From a virus (lineage: Duplodnaviria > Heunggongvirae > Uroviricota > Caudoviricetes), in the IMG/VR virus record IMGVR_UViG_2778261177_000005: a DNA stretch of 43,152 nucleotides. One strand, written 5' to 3'. Positions 1 through 7,739 of this stretch are shown piece after piece. The notes under the pieces are model-generated. The model did not search any database. It saw only the letters and a program-made list of their open reading frames with translations, and was not told the DNA's origin. Every line of letters starts with the position of its first letter. The stretch's first letter is position 1. Made by a program: the position numbers and the translations under genes.

Positions 1-84
1 ATGGCGGGTTATTTGTCCGGGTTATTCCCCCGTTGTAAAATCTCTCCTAAACTTAACGGTACGGCACCACACTTCGGGGATGAA

Positions 85-276
85 ATGTTCGCGCTGGTAC
101 TTTTTGTTTGCTACCTGGATGGCGGTTGTGAAGATATTGTTGTGGATATCTACAACACGGAACAGCAGTGTCTTTATTCTATGAGCGATCAACGGATCCG
201 CCATGGCGGTTGTTTTCCGATTGAGGATTTTATAGATGGTTTCTGGCGACCTGCACAGGAGTACGGTGATTTTTAA
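85..276 (+). CDS. yebW: small host protein, YebW-like (63 aa)
   Basis: ATG at 85 inside ORF 1..276; product MFALVLFVCYLDGGCED...EYGDF; convergent with and abutting pphA. Identity is from recollection of the K-12 yebW-pphA neighbourhood, not searched. Confidence 0.5.
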   Translation: MFALVLFVCYLDGGCEDIVVDIYNTEQQCLYSMSDQRIRHGGCFPIEDFIDGFWRPAQEYGDF

Positions 277-933
277 TTATTGCAATTGCACAAGAGTCAG
301 TTCTCCCCCAAAGACAGCACCGGTATCAATATAATGCAGGTTGCCAATATCCACGCGATGGCGCAAAGGTGTATGACCAAACCAGAAATGATCAGCACCT
401 GCAATTCCCTGCCCTTTTTGGCGTTCACCTAATCGCGAGCGGCTCCACAAGACCTGATGCAAATCGACGTCCTTTTGCCATTCATAGACATCATCTGGAT
501 AATCGGCATGAGCAATAACATGTTTGCCGGTGCGACTGTGTAATTCAAGAATAAAGGGCAGATGCTGACATTTTTCCAGCGCCGTTTTCGCTTGTTTCTG
601 TTGATTATCTGCCAGCGCAATAAACCAGTCGCCGCCATTTATCAACCATAAAGACATCTGCCGGGATGCCAGCGCATCCATCGCCATCTGTTCATGATTG
701 CCTCTTACCGAACGAACCCAATGTTGTTCCAGTAACTGCAGGCAACGTAAACTTTGCGGCCCACGATCGATAACGTCTCCCACTGAGATAAGTAAATCTC
801 GCCACGGATCAAAACGACAATGCCATAATTTGCGGCGCAACTGCTCAAGACAACCGTGTATATCGCCTGAAAGCCAGATATGTCGCCATTGATGACCCGC
901 AATTCTCTGATAAACGGGCGCAGGCTGTTTCAT
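277..933 (-). CDS. pphA: serine/threonine protein phosphatase 1 (PrpA/PphA), metallophosphoesterase
   Basis: ORF 277..936 (first codon TTG, ATG at 933); GDIHG, GDVIDRG and GNHE metallophosphatase motifs visible in the translation; host gene flanking the prophage. Confidence 0.85.
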   Translation of the reverse strand: MKQPAPVYQRIAGHQWRHIWLSGDIHGCLEQLRRKLWHCRFDPWRDLLISVGDVIDRGPQSLRCLQLLEQHWVRSVRGNHEQMAMDALASRQMSLWLINGGDWFIALADNQQKQAKTALEKCQHLPFILELHSRTGKHVIAHADYPDDVYEWQKDVDLHQVLWSRSRLGERQKGQGIAGADHFWFGHTPLRHRVDIGNLHYIDTGAVFGGELTLVQLQ

Positions 934-1066
934 CAATATTTTCCTCCCGCGCTAAAGATCACATAATTTTAACAAGAATGTTAAAAAACGCTGGACTCAG
1001 ACAGTAGAGTGTGTGTTATGGTTGACTATAAAGTCAGCGAAGGGAATGCTTCTGGCTTTTAACAGA

Positions 1067-1098
1067 TAAAAAGAGACCGAACACGATTCCTGTTTTCG
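1067..1098. repeat. attL: left copy of imperfect 32-bp direct repeat (taaaaagagaccgaacacgattcctgttttcg), host-derived remnant of the sdsR terminator
   Basis: Matches 42550..42581 with 3 mismatches (1073, 1082, 1094); identical 11-bp core acgattcctgt at 1083..1093. Confidence 0.7.
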
Positions 1099-1456
1099 TC
1101 AACAAACTACAAAATCTTTTAGAATTAATGTGTTAAATAAATTTCTGCTCATCTTTTAATCCCTAACACGTACCATTACATATTAATACATTCAATTAGT
1201 TACCATTTTTTTCGAGTTTTTTAGAGAAATTTTCGGGAATATTTCAGGTCAATCCATGCATACACAAGCAATTCCTGTATTGAATAATTCCGTAGCAATT
1301 ATGTAAAATCATCGCCGGCTGATTTTCATTCAAACTCGCGCTATCGAACGTCCATCAGCCAGCCGTGGCACGTTCTTGCATACGACGTGCTACGGTTTCA
1401 TTTATCTCCGACTGGAAACTTCTTATACAAAGTCGATACGCCAACATCATAGATGA

Positions 1457-1591
1457 TCGCTACCTTCAGGCGAGGAACTCCTGATGCAATATAATTTGTG
1501 GCTGGATTATCTGGACGCACTGGAACTGGTCGATACTTCCGGTGCGCCAGATATTGAATGGCCTACGCCTCCGGCAGTTCAGGCCAGATAA
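1457..1591 (+). pseudogene. 3' remnant of a second, inverted tail fibre assembly gene (tfa')
   Basis: Plus-strand frame without a proper 5' part encodes ...MQYNLWLDYLDALELVDTSGAPDIEWPTPPAVQAR*, clearly similar to the C-terminus of the intact Tfa on the other strand (LDYIDAVTATDTSTAPDVIWPELPEA); the two C-termini overlap convergently at 1563..1591. Confidence 0.55.
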
Positions 1592-1973
1592 CATCCGGTG
1601 CGGTGCTGGTATCTGTTGCCGTCACAGCGTCGATATAATCCAGCACAACGTTAAGTCGGGTAGTTTCTTCTTGCGTCAGTTTGCGCCCGGCCTGCAGCTT
1701 TAACTGAATCACGCTGATATTGGCCATTGCTGCGTCTATCAGCGACTGTTTTTTCTGTTCAGCGTCAGCTACCAGTTCATCATGAGAACGTTCCGGAGGG
1801 AGCGGCGCAGTAAATACCCCGTCTGAATACGCCCAGCCGACTCCGGGCTGCTCACTGATATCAGAAATATTAATGAGCTGCAGATTATCCGGCACAGTGA
1901 ATTCATCCTCGCCATCCCAGACAATGACATTCACAACCATCCCATTTTCAATAACTGCATATGACGCATTCAT
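1563..1973 (-). CDS. tfa: tail fibre assembly protein (Tfa / P2 gpG-like)
   Basis: ORF 1563..1997 starts with TTG; ATG at 1973 overlaps the tail fibre stop (TAATG); C-terminal DTSTAPD-x-WPE motif typical of Tfa proteins; directly downstream of the tail fibre gene. Confidence 0.8.
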   Translation of the reverse strand: MNASYAVIENGMVVNVIVWDGEDEFTVPDNLQLINISDISEQPGVGWAYSDGVFTAPLPPERSHDELVADAEQKKQSLIDAAMANISVIQLKLQAGRKLTQEETTRLNVVLDYIDAVTATDTSTAPDVIWPELPEA

Positions 1974-3040
1974 TATGCAAACTCCTCGATAATACAAATC
2001 CCTGCAGCGCCTTTCCCGCCCGTCATACTGGTTCCGCTATAACCGGCATCGTATGCACCACCGCCACCTGAACCATATGCCTTGCCGCTAACACCACCGC
2101 CAGCGCCTGCGCGTCCACCGCCACCCCAGTACGATGTTCCGCCTTCACCGCTGACGCCGATATTTCCGGACTGACCGTCGCCTCCACATCCACCAATGAT
2201 GTTTATATCGCCAGTACTCGGCACACCTCCGTTACCACCGTTTGTGTTTGTGACTCCTGACTTTCCGCCGCCTGCGCCACCAGGAGCAATTAACGATGCG
2301 AATAAGCTATTACCGCCATTGATGCCGTACGTCGCACTAACACCACCGGCCCCACCTGCGCCGATAGTGACTGGATAACTATTCTGTGTCGGGGTCATTA
2401 TTGAAATTATTGTTCCACCGGCCCCACCGCCAGCACCGAAAAACGTTTCATTATTGGATATAGCCTTGCAGCCGCCCCCTCCGCCACCGCCGCCCGTTAT
2501 TGTGACCCTGATCCGTTTTATTCCTGGCGTCGGGGTGTACGTACCTGATGACGTGAAAACCCGGGTATTCACCAAGCGTCCCACGTATCCGTTTGTAGCT
2601 CCCAAACCAAGATAATGAATAACCTCCTGTTTGCTTGTTTTAGCCAGAATATCCCGTCCAACATTAGTCAGGGTTGTCAGGCTGGCTGTATCATTCCCCG
2701 TAAAATACGGTAGTTTGTCTGCCGCAGTGGCAAGGCCTGCCAGTGCGGTCAGTGTGGCGTCAAGCGCCTGGAAATCCTTCCCCAAAGCCGCTTCCATTTT
2801 GGAGATAAACCCGTTCAGGTCACCATCATCAAGCACATCCAGCCCACTTTTATTAGCTGTGTACTGTGCAAGCGCTGCCGTAATAAAGCTGGCCTGTCGA
2901 ATGGCTTTGTTCACCTGCGCACTGGATGCTTTCCCTGCTGTAAATCCGGATAAAAGCGCAGGCAACGCTTCCCATTCCTCCTGCGACATAACATTGGCAT
3001 TTTTACCCGTTGCGAATGCTTTAAAGTCATTTTTTGCCAT
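1973..3040 (-). CDS. stf: side tail fibre protein (P2 gpH-like) with glycine-rich C-terminal half
   Basis: N-terminal region with LPYFTGNDTASLTTLTNVGRDILAK, typical of side tail fibres; Gly-rich C-terminus (GGGGGGGG, GAGGGAGG); start is ambiguous between the coupled ATG at 3040 and the ATG at 3058. Confidence 0.8.
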   Translation of the reverse strand: MAKNDFKAFATGKNANVMSQEEWEALPALLSGFTAGKASSAQVNKAIRQASFITAALAQYTANKSGLDVLDDGDLNGFISKMEAALGKDFQALDATLTALAGLATAADKLPYFTGNDTASLTTLTNVGRDILAKTSKQEVIHYLGLGATNGYVGRLVNTRVFTSSGTYTPTPGIKRIRVTITGGGGGGGGCKAISNNETFFGAGGGAGGTIISIMTPTQNSYPVTIGAGGAGGVSATYGINGGNSLFASLIAPGGAGGGKSGVTNTNGGNGGVPSTGDINIIGGCGGDGQSGNIGVSGEGGTSYWGGGGRAGAGGGVSGKAYGSGGGGAYDAGYSGTSMTGGKGAAGICIIEEFA

Positions 3041-3720
3041 CAGAGTAATACTCCCCATGCCCCTACATCAAAACCACTGATGAATTCGTTATCCATATCA
3101 AAACCAAAAAATTTTGAACCTTCCGATGGGGTTTCCACCGAAGGTGTTTCAATGCCACCCGCCCACACACCGGCGGCTTTTACTGTGAGATATCCCTGTT
3201 TAATTGCAGCAATTAACTCACGCGATACATCTGAAATATCAGTATCAGGAAAGACCCAGACCGATATCGTCATGTCCTGGTTATCGACTATCTGCATTCG
3301 CAGTCCGGATCCTGCTGTTGCAGCGTCAAGAATTGCCGGAAGCGAATCATTCCGTCCGTCCCAGTTATTAATCGCAATCTTCGCTTTAAGAATGACACGA
3401 TAAGTTTCATCGCTGAGATACATGTATCCTGAATCAGGATCATATGGCCCCTGCCATACCCCCTGATCATACCCAAGCCCGTCGGTATCCCAGCTGAAAT
3501 AGACACCTGAGATAAGCTGGCTGACAACACGGCTACGTCCGATCCACAATCCCAGAATGTCAAGTTGCACACCAACCGCAGAGTCAATATCAAATGCAGT
3601 AATCAGCCCTCTGGTGGCAGCCGCAACATCAATAAGCGGCCGGGTCATCAGATCAACATGTGCAAGAAATTTAGGTTTGGTGGCGTGGTAGTTTGTGATT
3701 AGTTCGGTGTATTTGCTCAT
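3040..3720 (-). CDS. baseplate/tail protein, P2 gpI-like (YmfQ/DUF2313-like)
   Basis: 226 aa; ATGA overlap with upstream gene; sits between the gpJ-like and tail fibre genes as in P2-type baseplate modules. Confidence 0.55.
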   Translation of the reverse strand: MSKYTELITNYHATKPKFLAHVDLMTRPLIDVAAATRGLITAFDIDSAVGVQLDILGLWIGRSRVVSQLISGVYFSWDTDGLGYDQGVWQGPYDPDSGYMYLSDETYRVILKAKIAINNWDGRNDSLPAILDAATAGSGLRMQIVDNQDMTISVWVFPDTDISDVSRELIAAIKQGYLTVKAAGVWAGGIETPSVETPSEGSKFFGFDMDNEFISGFDVGAWGVLL

Positions 3721-4916
3721 GACTCCACCGTTATAACGATATTTTCCGGGGTACAGGACGCAGATTCGTTGTATCTGATATCAATGTTTGATGACGACAA
3801 AGCCCCCGGGGATTTACCAATCGTCAGTTCCTGAATATCGTAATAGCGTGCATTCCCGCCACTCACCACGCCAAGATTCGCCGGTGAGTAAATGCGACTT
3901 AAAAGGACCGAATCACCAATCATCAGACTATTGATATAGTCGGAAATAGCCTGCTGGATCTGCTGCCCTATCTGTGAGGTATAACCCGTAAAAACTTTTA
4001 ATTTAATCCGGGCATAAACAGGCACATCACTGGAACGCGAGAATTTGATTACATGGGGATTGCCGTATTTATCCGGAACCGTAACGGATGTTGTACCGTG
4101 AGTGGCTGTCCCCTGGCCTTTATTCCCTCTGATAGCCTGAGCAATATCCGTCACATCACCACCATCCACAATTACAGCAACAGAGTGTGGCGGTAACCCG
4201 TTACCGTCCTCCGAACCAGTATCGTTTTCATAGAGTTTGTGGCGGGTTACACCGGCAACATTAGAAACAGCACCATCCAGTGCTTCAAATGGGGTTATTG
4301 ATGGCAACGCAACACTTTGCGACTGGCGGATACGTAACTCAGCATCAGTTTCTGCTGGAGTACCCACAGTAGCCGCAGCAGGATTGGTTACCGAAACCCA
4401 GCCACGGGTTGGCGTATTAATTTCAGTGATAGTTCCAGCCAGCGCCGCCACTGCACCACTGACGGAACATGTTGCGGTCACCATCACTGTACCATCCACG
4501 CCGACCACCACTGAAGCAGGCAAACGCCATATCACATTATTACTGTCTTTCACGCTGCCATTAATGATGGTTGTTCCGGCAGTTCCTGTAAGAAGCAAAT
4601 CAACCGTAGAGTTCGTCGCGCCTTTACGTGAAATACCATTTATTTTCACGTTACTGGTCAGTGCAGCCCCATAGCCGGTTGCCGGTGAAAAACAGTTGTA
4701 GACAGTTATCGCCGTATTATTGGCATCATGAATCGCCAGCGCCATCAGAGCCACCATCTGGCCGTCTTTACTGTCTGGTTCGAGGTAAGCATCACTGCCA
4801 TAAATCTGCTGAAAATAGCTAATCAGGGTGCTGAGTATCGTCTGATAATCAGGCGCACTGATCCCCTCCGCGGTTACCTTTGCAGATAAACCGAGAGAAT
4901 CAAGGTTCAGAGCCAT
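3717..4916 (-). CDS. baseplate J-like protein (P2 gpJ / Mu gp47-like)
   Basis: 399 aa; translationally coupled to flanking genes; family assigned from position and size. Confidence 0.6.
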   Translation of the reverse strand: MALNLDSLGLSAKVTAEGISAPDYQTILSTLISYFQQIYGSDAYLEPDSKDGQMVALMALAIHDANNTAITVYNCFSPATGYGAALTSNVKINGISRKGATNSTVDLLLTGTAGTTIINGSVKDSNNVIWRLPASVVVGVDGTVMVTATCSVSGAVAALAGTITEINTPTRGWVSVTNPAAATVGTPAETDAELRIRQSQSVALPSITPFEALDGAVSNVAGVTRHKLYENDTGSEDGNGLPPHSVAVIVDGGDVTDIAQAIRGNKGQGTATHGTTSVTVPDKYGNPHVIKFSRSSDVPVYARIKLKVFTGYTSQIGQQIQQAISDYINSLMIGDSVLLSRIYSPANLGVVSGGNARYYDIQELTIGKSPGALSSSNIDIRYNESASCTPENIVITVES

Positions 4917-5269
4917 TACGCCTCCGATGTAACAGTCGTTATTCCATAGAGAGTGTCGATTTCAGCGGAAAACATGACACGTCGGGTCGTGGTATCCACC
5001 GTCGTATTGAAAGAGAGGATTGATTTAACGCCCCGCGTTTCGAGGATGCGCTTACGGATCGCCAGGTTGTAGGTTTCCGGCTTCTGCTTACCGAGTACGG
5101 ACTGGATCCACGGAGTCCCCTCGGTGGTGTCGAGAAACCATTGTCCATACCACAATTCGAATCGCGTTTTTACCGCCTGCGCCACGGCCTCCGGTGAGTT
5201 AATCAGCCAGGTGTCATCACCGCTGCCAAAGGTGTAATCGCCATCGGCGTCTTCACGTCTGTATCGCAT
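4916..5269 (-). CDS. baseplate wedge protein, gpW/gp25-like
   Basis: 117 aa; overlapping start/stop with neighbours; between the gpV-like and gpJ-like genes. Confidence 0.55.
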   Translation of the reverse strand: MRYRREDADGDYTFGSGDDTWLINSPEAVAQAVKTRFELWYGQWFLDTTEGTPWIQSVLGKQKPETYNLAIRKRILETRGVKSILSFNTTVDTTTRRVMFSAEIDTLYGITTVTSEA

Positions 5270-6021
5270 CAGTTTACTCCGTCGGTATTGCCTCCACCGC
5301 GCTGAACACCACCATGAGTGTGCGTATCATCGATTGGCTTGCCGTTAGCCTTCACGCTACCCAAAAACTCAACAGCACCAGTGATTTTTGAAGCCACACC
5401 AGAAGCAACAGACCCCACCATGCCACCCATCCAGGTTAACAGGCCATGAATGGTTACTTTCTCAGAAAAATCAGCCAGAGGGGCAACCACATCAAGACCA
5501 CCCGGAGCGACAATTTTAATTTTCCGGGTATCAGGATTAAGCTCAAAATAGGTGCTGCCGTCGTCACTACGCAACTGTGTGGCACTGGTATTAATACCGC
5601 TAATCTTCCTAGCCTGCGACTGGGGACCGACAATACAAAACGCATCCGATAAATCATGCATTCTGTCATCGACCGGCTCCTGTATCCCGCCACTCTGCCA
5701 CCAGAAATCAATACAACGATCGGCAAAAATCACCAAACATTCATCACCGGCTTTAACTGGAAACGTTAGCGTACAGCCTCCGCCACGCGGGAATACCACT
5801 GGCACATCCACCAGCAATGGGTAATTTTTGGTAATGCGGTTGCCGTCGTTATCAATTTCAACGTAACGGATAGCAGGCTGTACAACCGCCGTCACCGCAT
5901 CAGGAGCGAATGACTGAACAATGCCAGGCAAGGCGACACGGATCTGGTTCTTTGTTGTTTCCCGTTCAGATTTAAATGTTTCGGCAAGGTCACCGCTGCG
6001 GGTCTGGTCAGATACTGCCAT
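5269..6021 (-). CDS. baseplate assembly/spike protein, gpV-like
   Basis: 250 aa; RBS GGAG 9 nt upstream of the ATG at 6021; first gene after the inserted island. Confidence 0.6.
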   Translation of the reverse strand: MAVSDQTRSGDLAETFKSERETTKNQIRVALPGIVQSFAPDAVTAVVQPAIRYVEIDNDGNRITKNYPLLVDVPVVFPRGGGCTLTFPVKAGDECLVIFADRCIDFWWQSGGIQEPVDDRMHDLSDAFCIVGPQSQARKISGINTSATQLRSDDGSTYFELNPDTRKIKIVAPGGLDVVAPLADFSEKVTIHGLLTWMGGMVGSVASGVASKITGAVEFLGSVKANGKPIDDTHTHGGVQRGGGNTDGVN

Positions 6022-6038
6022 TTAGTAGGCTCCAGAAA

Positions 6039-6062
6039 GCAAAAAACCCGCCAAGTGGCGGG
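6039..6062 (-). terminator. intrinsic terminator immediately 3' of the accessory gene pair
   Basis: Minus strand reads CCCGCC-ACTT-GGCGGG followed by UUUUUU; lies between the stop of 6086..6514 and the gpV-like RBS. Confidence 0.7.
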
Positions 6063-6085
6063 TTTGAATTTTGAGAAATTTCAGC

Positions 6086-6514
6086 TTATGCAGTTAACGA
6101 GTCATCACCAATCTTCAGTAATTGATTAACGATTGCATCGACCTCTTCCGCATCCAGAATTACACTTCTCGCGGTAATCCGGTTGATTTTCCGCTCAAGC
6201 TTGTAATCAGAATTAACACGTTGGGCATGCGTCATTTTCAGTTTAACGCCGATTTTCTTTACTGCGTTAACATCAACATCGTTAAGTGCAGCTGCCTCAC
6301 CACTACAAAAGGCCGTATAGACTCGCATGTGAACTCCACCTTTTAGTTTTTCACCATCTTGTGTAGCGGTCGGTACCAGATTGTTGGTGATCCGTAAGGC
6401 GGAATGGTACATACCATAGTATGCTCGGCTAATAGCATTTCTCGTCCACATCTCACCGTTTAGAGCCAGGGAATGCTTAGCCAATTCAAGAAAACAGGTA
6501 TGCTCAACCGACAT
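6086..6514 (-). CDS. HEPN-like helical domain protein (candidate RNase toxin / abortive-infection effector)
   Basis: 142 aa; N-terminal ...EMWTRNAISRAYYGMYHSALRI and C-terminal ...HAQRVNSDYKLER resemble the two conserved helices of classical HEPN domains as I recall them; TAATG coupling to the upstream gene; AT-richer than flanking tail genes by eye. Confidence 0.45.
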   Translation of the reverse strand: MSVEHTCFLELAKHSLALNGEMWTRNAISRAYYGMYHSALRITNNLVPTATQDGEKLKGGVHMRVYTAFCSGEAAALNDVDVNAVKKIGVKLKMTHAQRVNSDYKLERKINRITARSVILDAEEVDAIVNQLLKIGDDSLTA

Positions 6515-7245
6515 TAGAGTTCCCCGGCTTCAAAGCATCCGACGCATTCTGAATCCGCAAGCCCCGCAATAATAATCTCATCAGCCAAGGCATTATTCAT
6601 CTGCGAAAGAAGCACTGGATCGTCTGTTTTGACTTCAACGAACAGCGTATCAAGTTCTGACATTACATAAAAAGCATGAGCGCCAGCAAGACGAGCGCGG
6701 TACTTTTCTGCAACGTTCATCATGAGCCGCCCAATAGTTTTTAGCTCCTGAGCATGATCTTTTTGGGTATGCAGATAATTGAGCGTGTCATACCATTTGC
6801 CCATATCTTCAGGGCGCGGTACTTCCATTGCAGTTAGCATCGGCATCACCTTTTCAAGCAAATCGATATCAACCCAGTATGCAGAAATTGTAGCAACCTC
6901 AGCCAATATCGTTGGATTAAGTGAATCAGATGCTTTCTGAATCATCACATACTGGCGAGCATGCAAACCTAAGTTACGCAGCGCAATCGTATAGTTACAA
7001 AAAGAAACTGGATCGTTAGGCGCTATTCTCAACCCCCGCTCACAGAGTGAACATCCTTCATCTATTTCACCAAGAACAAGCTTAGCTAAGCCTTCAATTG
7101 ATAGCCCCTGATAACGTTCAGGTAGTTTCTTCGCTTCACGAATGATTCGATGGATTTCAAACTCACTCAGAAGGTTTTCACCCTTAGTTAATGAAGGAGT
7201 CAGAAGATCTAACAGTTCTCCTGATTTTGGCTGCGCTAAACTCAT
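6514..7245 (-). CDS. hypothetical protein, predicted all-helical (TPR-like?), partner of the HEPN-like protein
   Basis: 243 aa; RBS AGGA about 10 nt upstream of ATG; preceded by a 149-bp gap; no motif I recognise (no nucleotidyltransferase GS...DxD motif). Confidence 0.6.
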   Translation of the reverse strand: MSLAQPKSGELLDLLTPSLTKGENLLSEFEIHRIIREAKKLPERYQGLSIEGLAKLVLGEIDEGCSLCERGLRIAPNDPVSFCNYTIALRNLGLHARQYVMIQKASDSLNPTILAEVATISAYWVDIDLLEKVMPMLTAMEVPRPEDMGKWYDTLNYLHTQKDHAQELKTIGRLMMNVAEKYRARLAGAHAFYVMSELDTLFVEVKTDDPVLLSQMNNALADEIIIAGLADSECVGCFEAGEL

Positions 7246-7394
7246 GTTTTAGTTATTCCTGGCTTTAATGAAGTAGCATATCGATGGCAATCCACCATCA
7301 AAAAGTCAGTGCAGTGTAATCGCTCGTCTCAAAAAACAACAGTTTTTAGAGCACATTTTGTTGTTTTTCAGGCGTTACGAATTTCAGGTTACCT

Positions 7395-7736
7395 TCACCC
7401 AGCCACTTTTTTACAAGGGAAAGATCCGATGATTTTCGGCGCATCCATGCTGTTCTGCAGAAGCTGGACATTCAGGAATCGCGTTTCGGTACCAGGGCGA
7501 CGAATGTATTCAAAGCCGTAGTTGTTACCGTCTTTGGCAGGCATAAGCCCCATGTCTACTTTCAAACCATTGGTACCCAGTTCGGTGATTTTTTGAGAGG
7601 TAACTCTTTCACCGTTGATAGTCGATAACTCGCCCTGGTTTGCAACCATAGTGTAGCCACCGCATTTAACCGTGAAGCCATCCGCCCACGCGCTGCACGC
7701 AGAAAAGACAGCTAACAGAAAAATAATACCCCTCAT
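7395..7736 (-). CDS. small secreted/periplasmic protein (signal peptide, 2 Cys in mature part)
   Basis: 113 aa; N-terminus MRGIIFLLAVFSACSAWA-DG is a typical Sec signal peptide with AxA site; RBS AAGGGGA; start 3 nt after the gpD-like stop. Confidence 0.6.
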   Translation of the reverse strand: MRGIIFLLAVFSACSAWADGFTVKCGGYTMVANQGELSTINGERVTSQKITELGTNGLKVDMGLMPAKDGNNYGFEYIRRPGTETRFLNVQLLQNSMDAPKIIGSFPCKKVAG

Positions 7737-7739
7737 TGC

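Noticed and set aside
1288-1452. Possible 3' remnant of a Pin/Gin-type DNA invertase gene (plus frame ...QPWHVLAYDVLRFHLSPTGNFLYKVDTPTS) upstream of the tfa' fragment
   Set aside because: Only short patches (LAYDV, LYK) resemble invertase C-termini and the spacing is wrong; too weak to call without a database search.
2196-4822. Plus-strand ORFs in the track inside tail genes (for example 2196..2378, 2631..3080, 3080..3403, 4237..4674, 4628..4822) and similar antisense ORFs elsewhere in the prophage
   Set aside because: They lie antisense to, and wholly within, longer coupled genes with coherent phage functions, and are low-complexity or GC-skew artefacts; treated as non-coding.
6514-7245. 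243-aa protein as a minimal nucleotidyltransferase (MNT) antitoxin partner of the HEPN-like protein
   Set aside because: No GS-x(9-13)-DxD nucleotidyltransferase motif in the translation; size and composition do not fit MNT.
7246-7394. Dedicated sigma70 promoter for the accessory gene pair
   Set aside because: Only weak -35/-10 candidates (TTGATG or TTGCCA with TATGCT) at suboptimal spacing; cannot be supported from sequence alone, so the pair may be expressed only from read-through.
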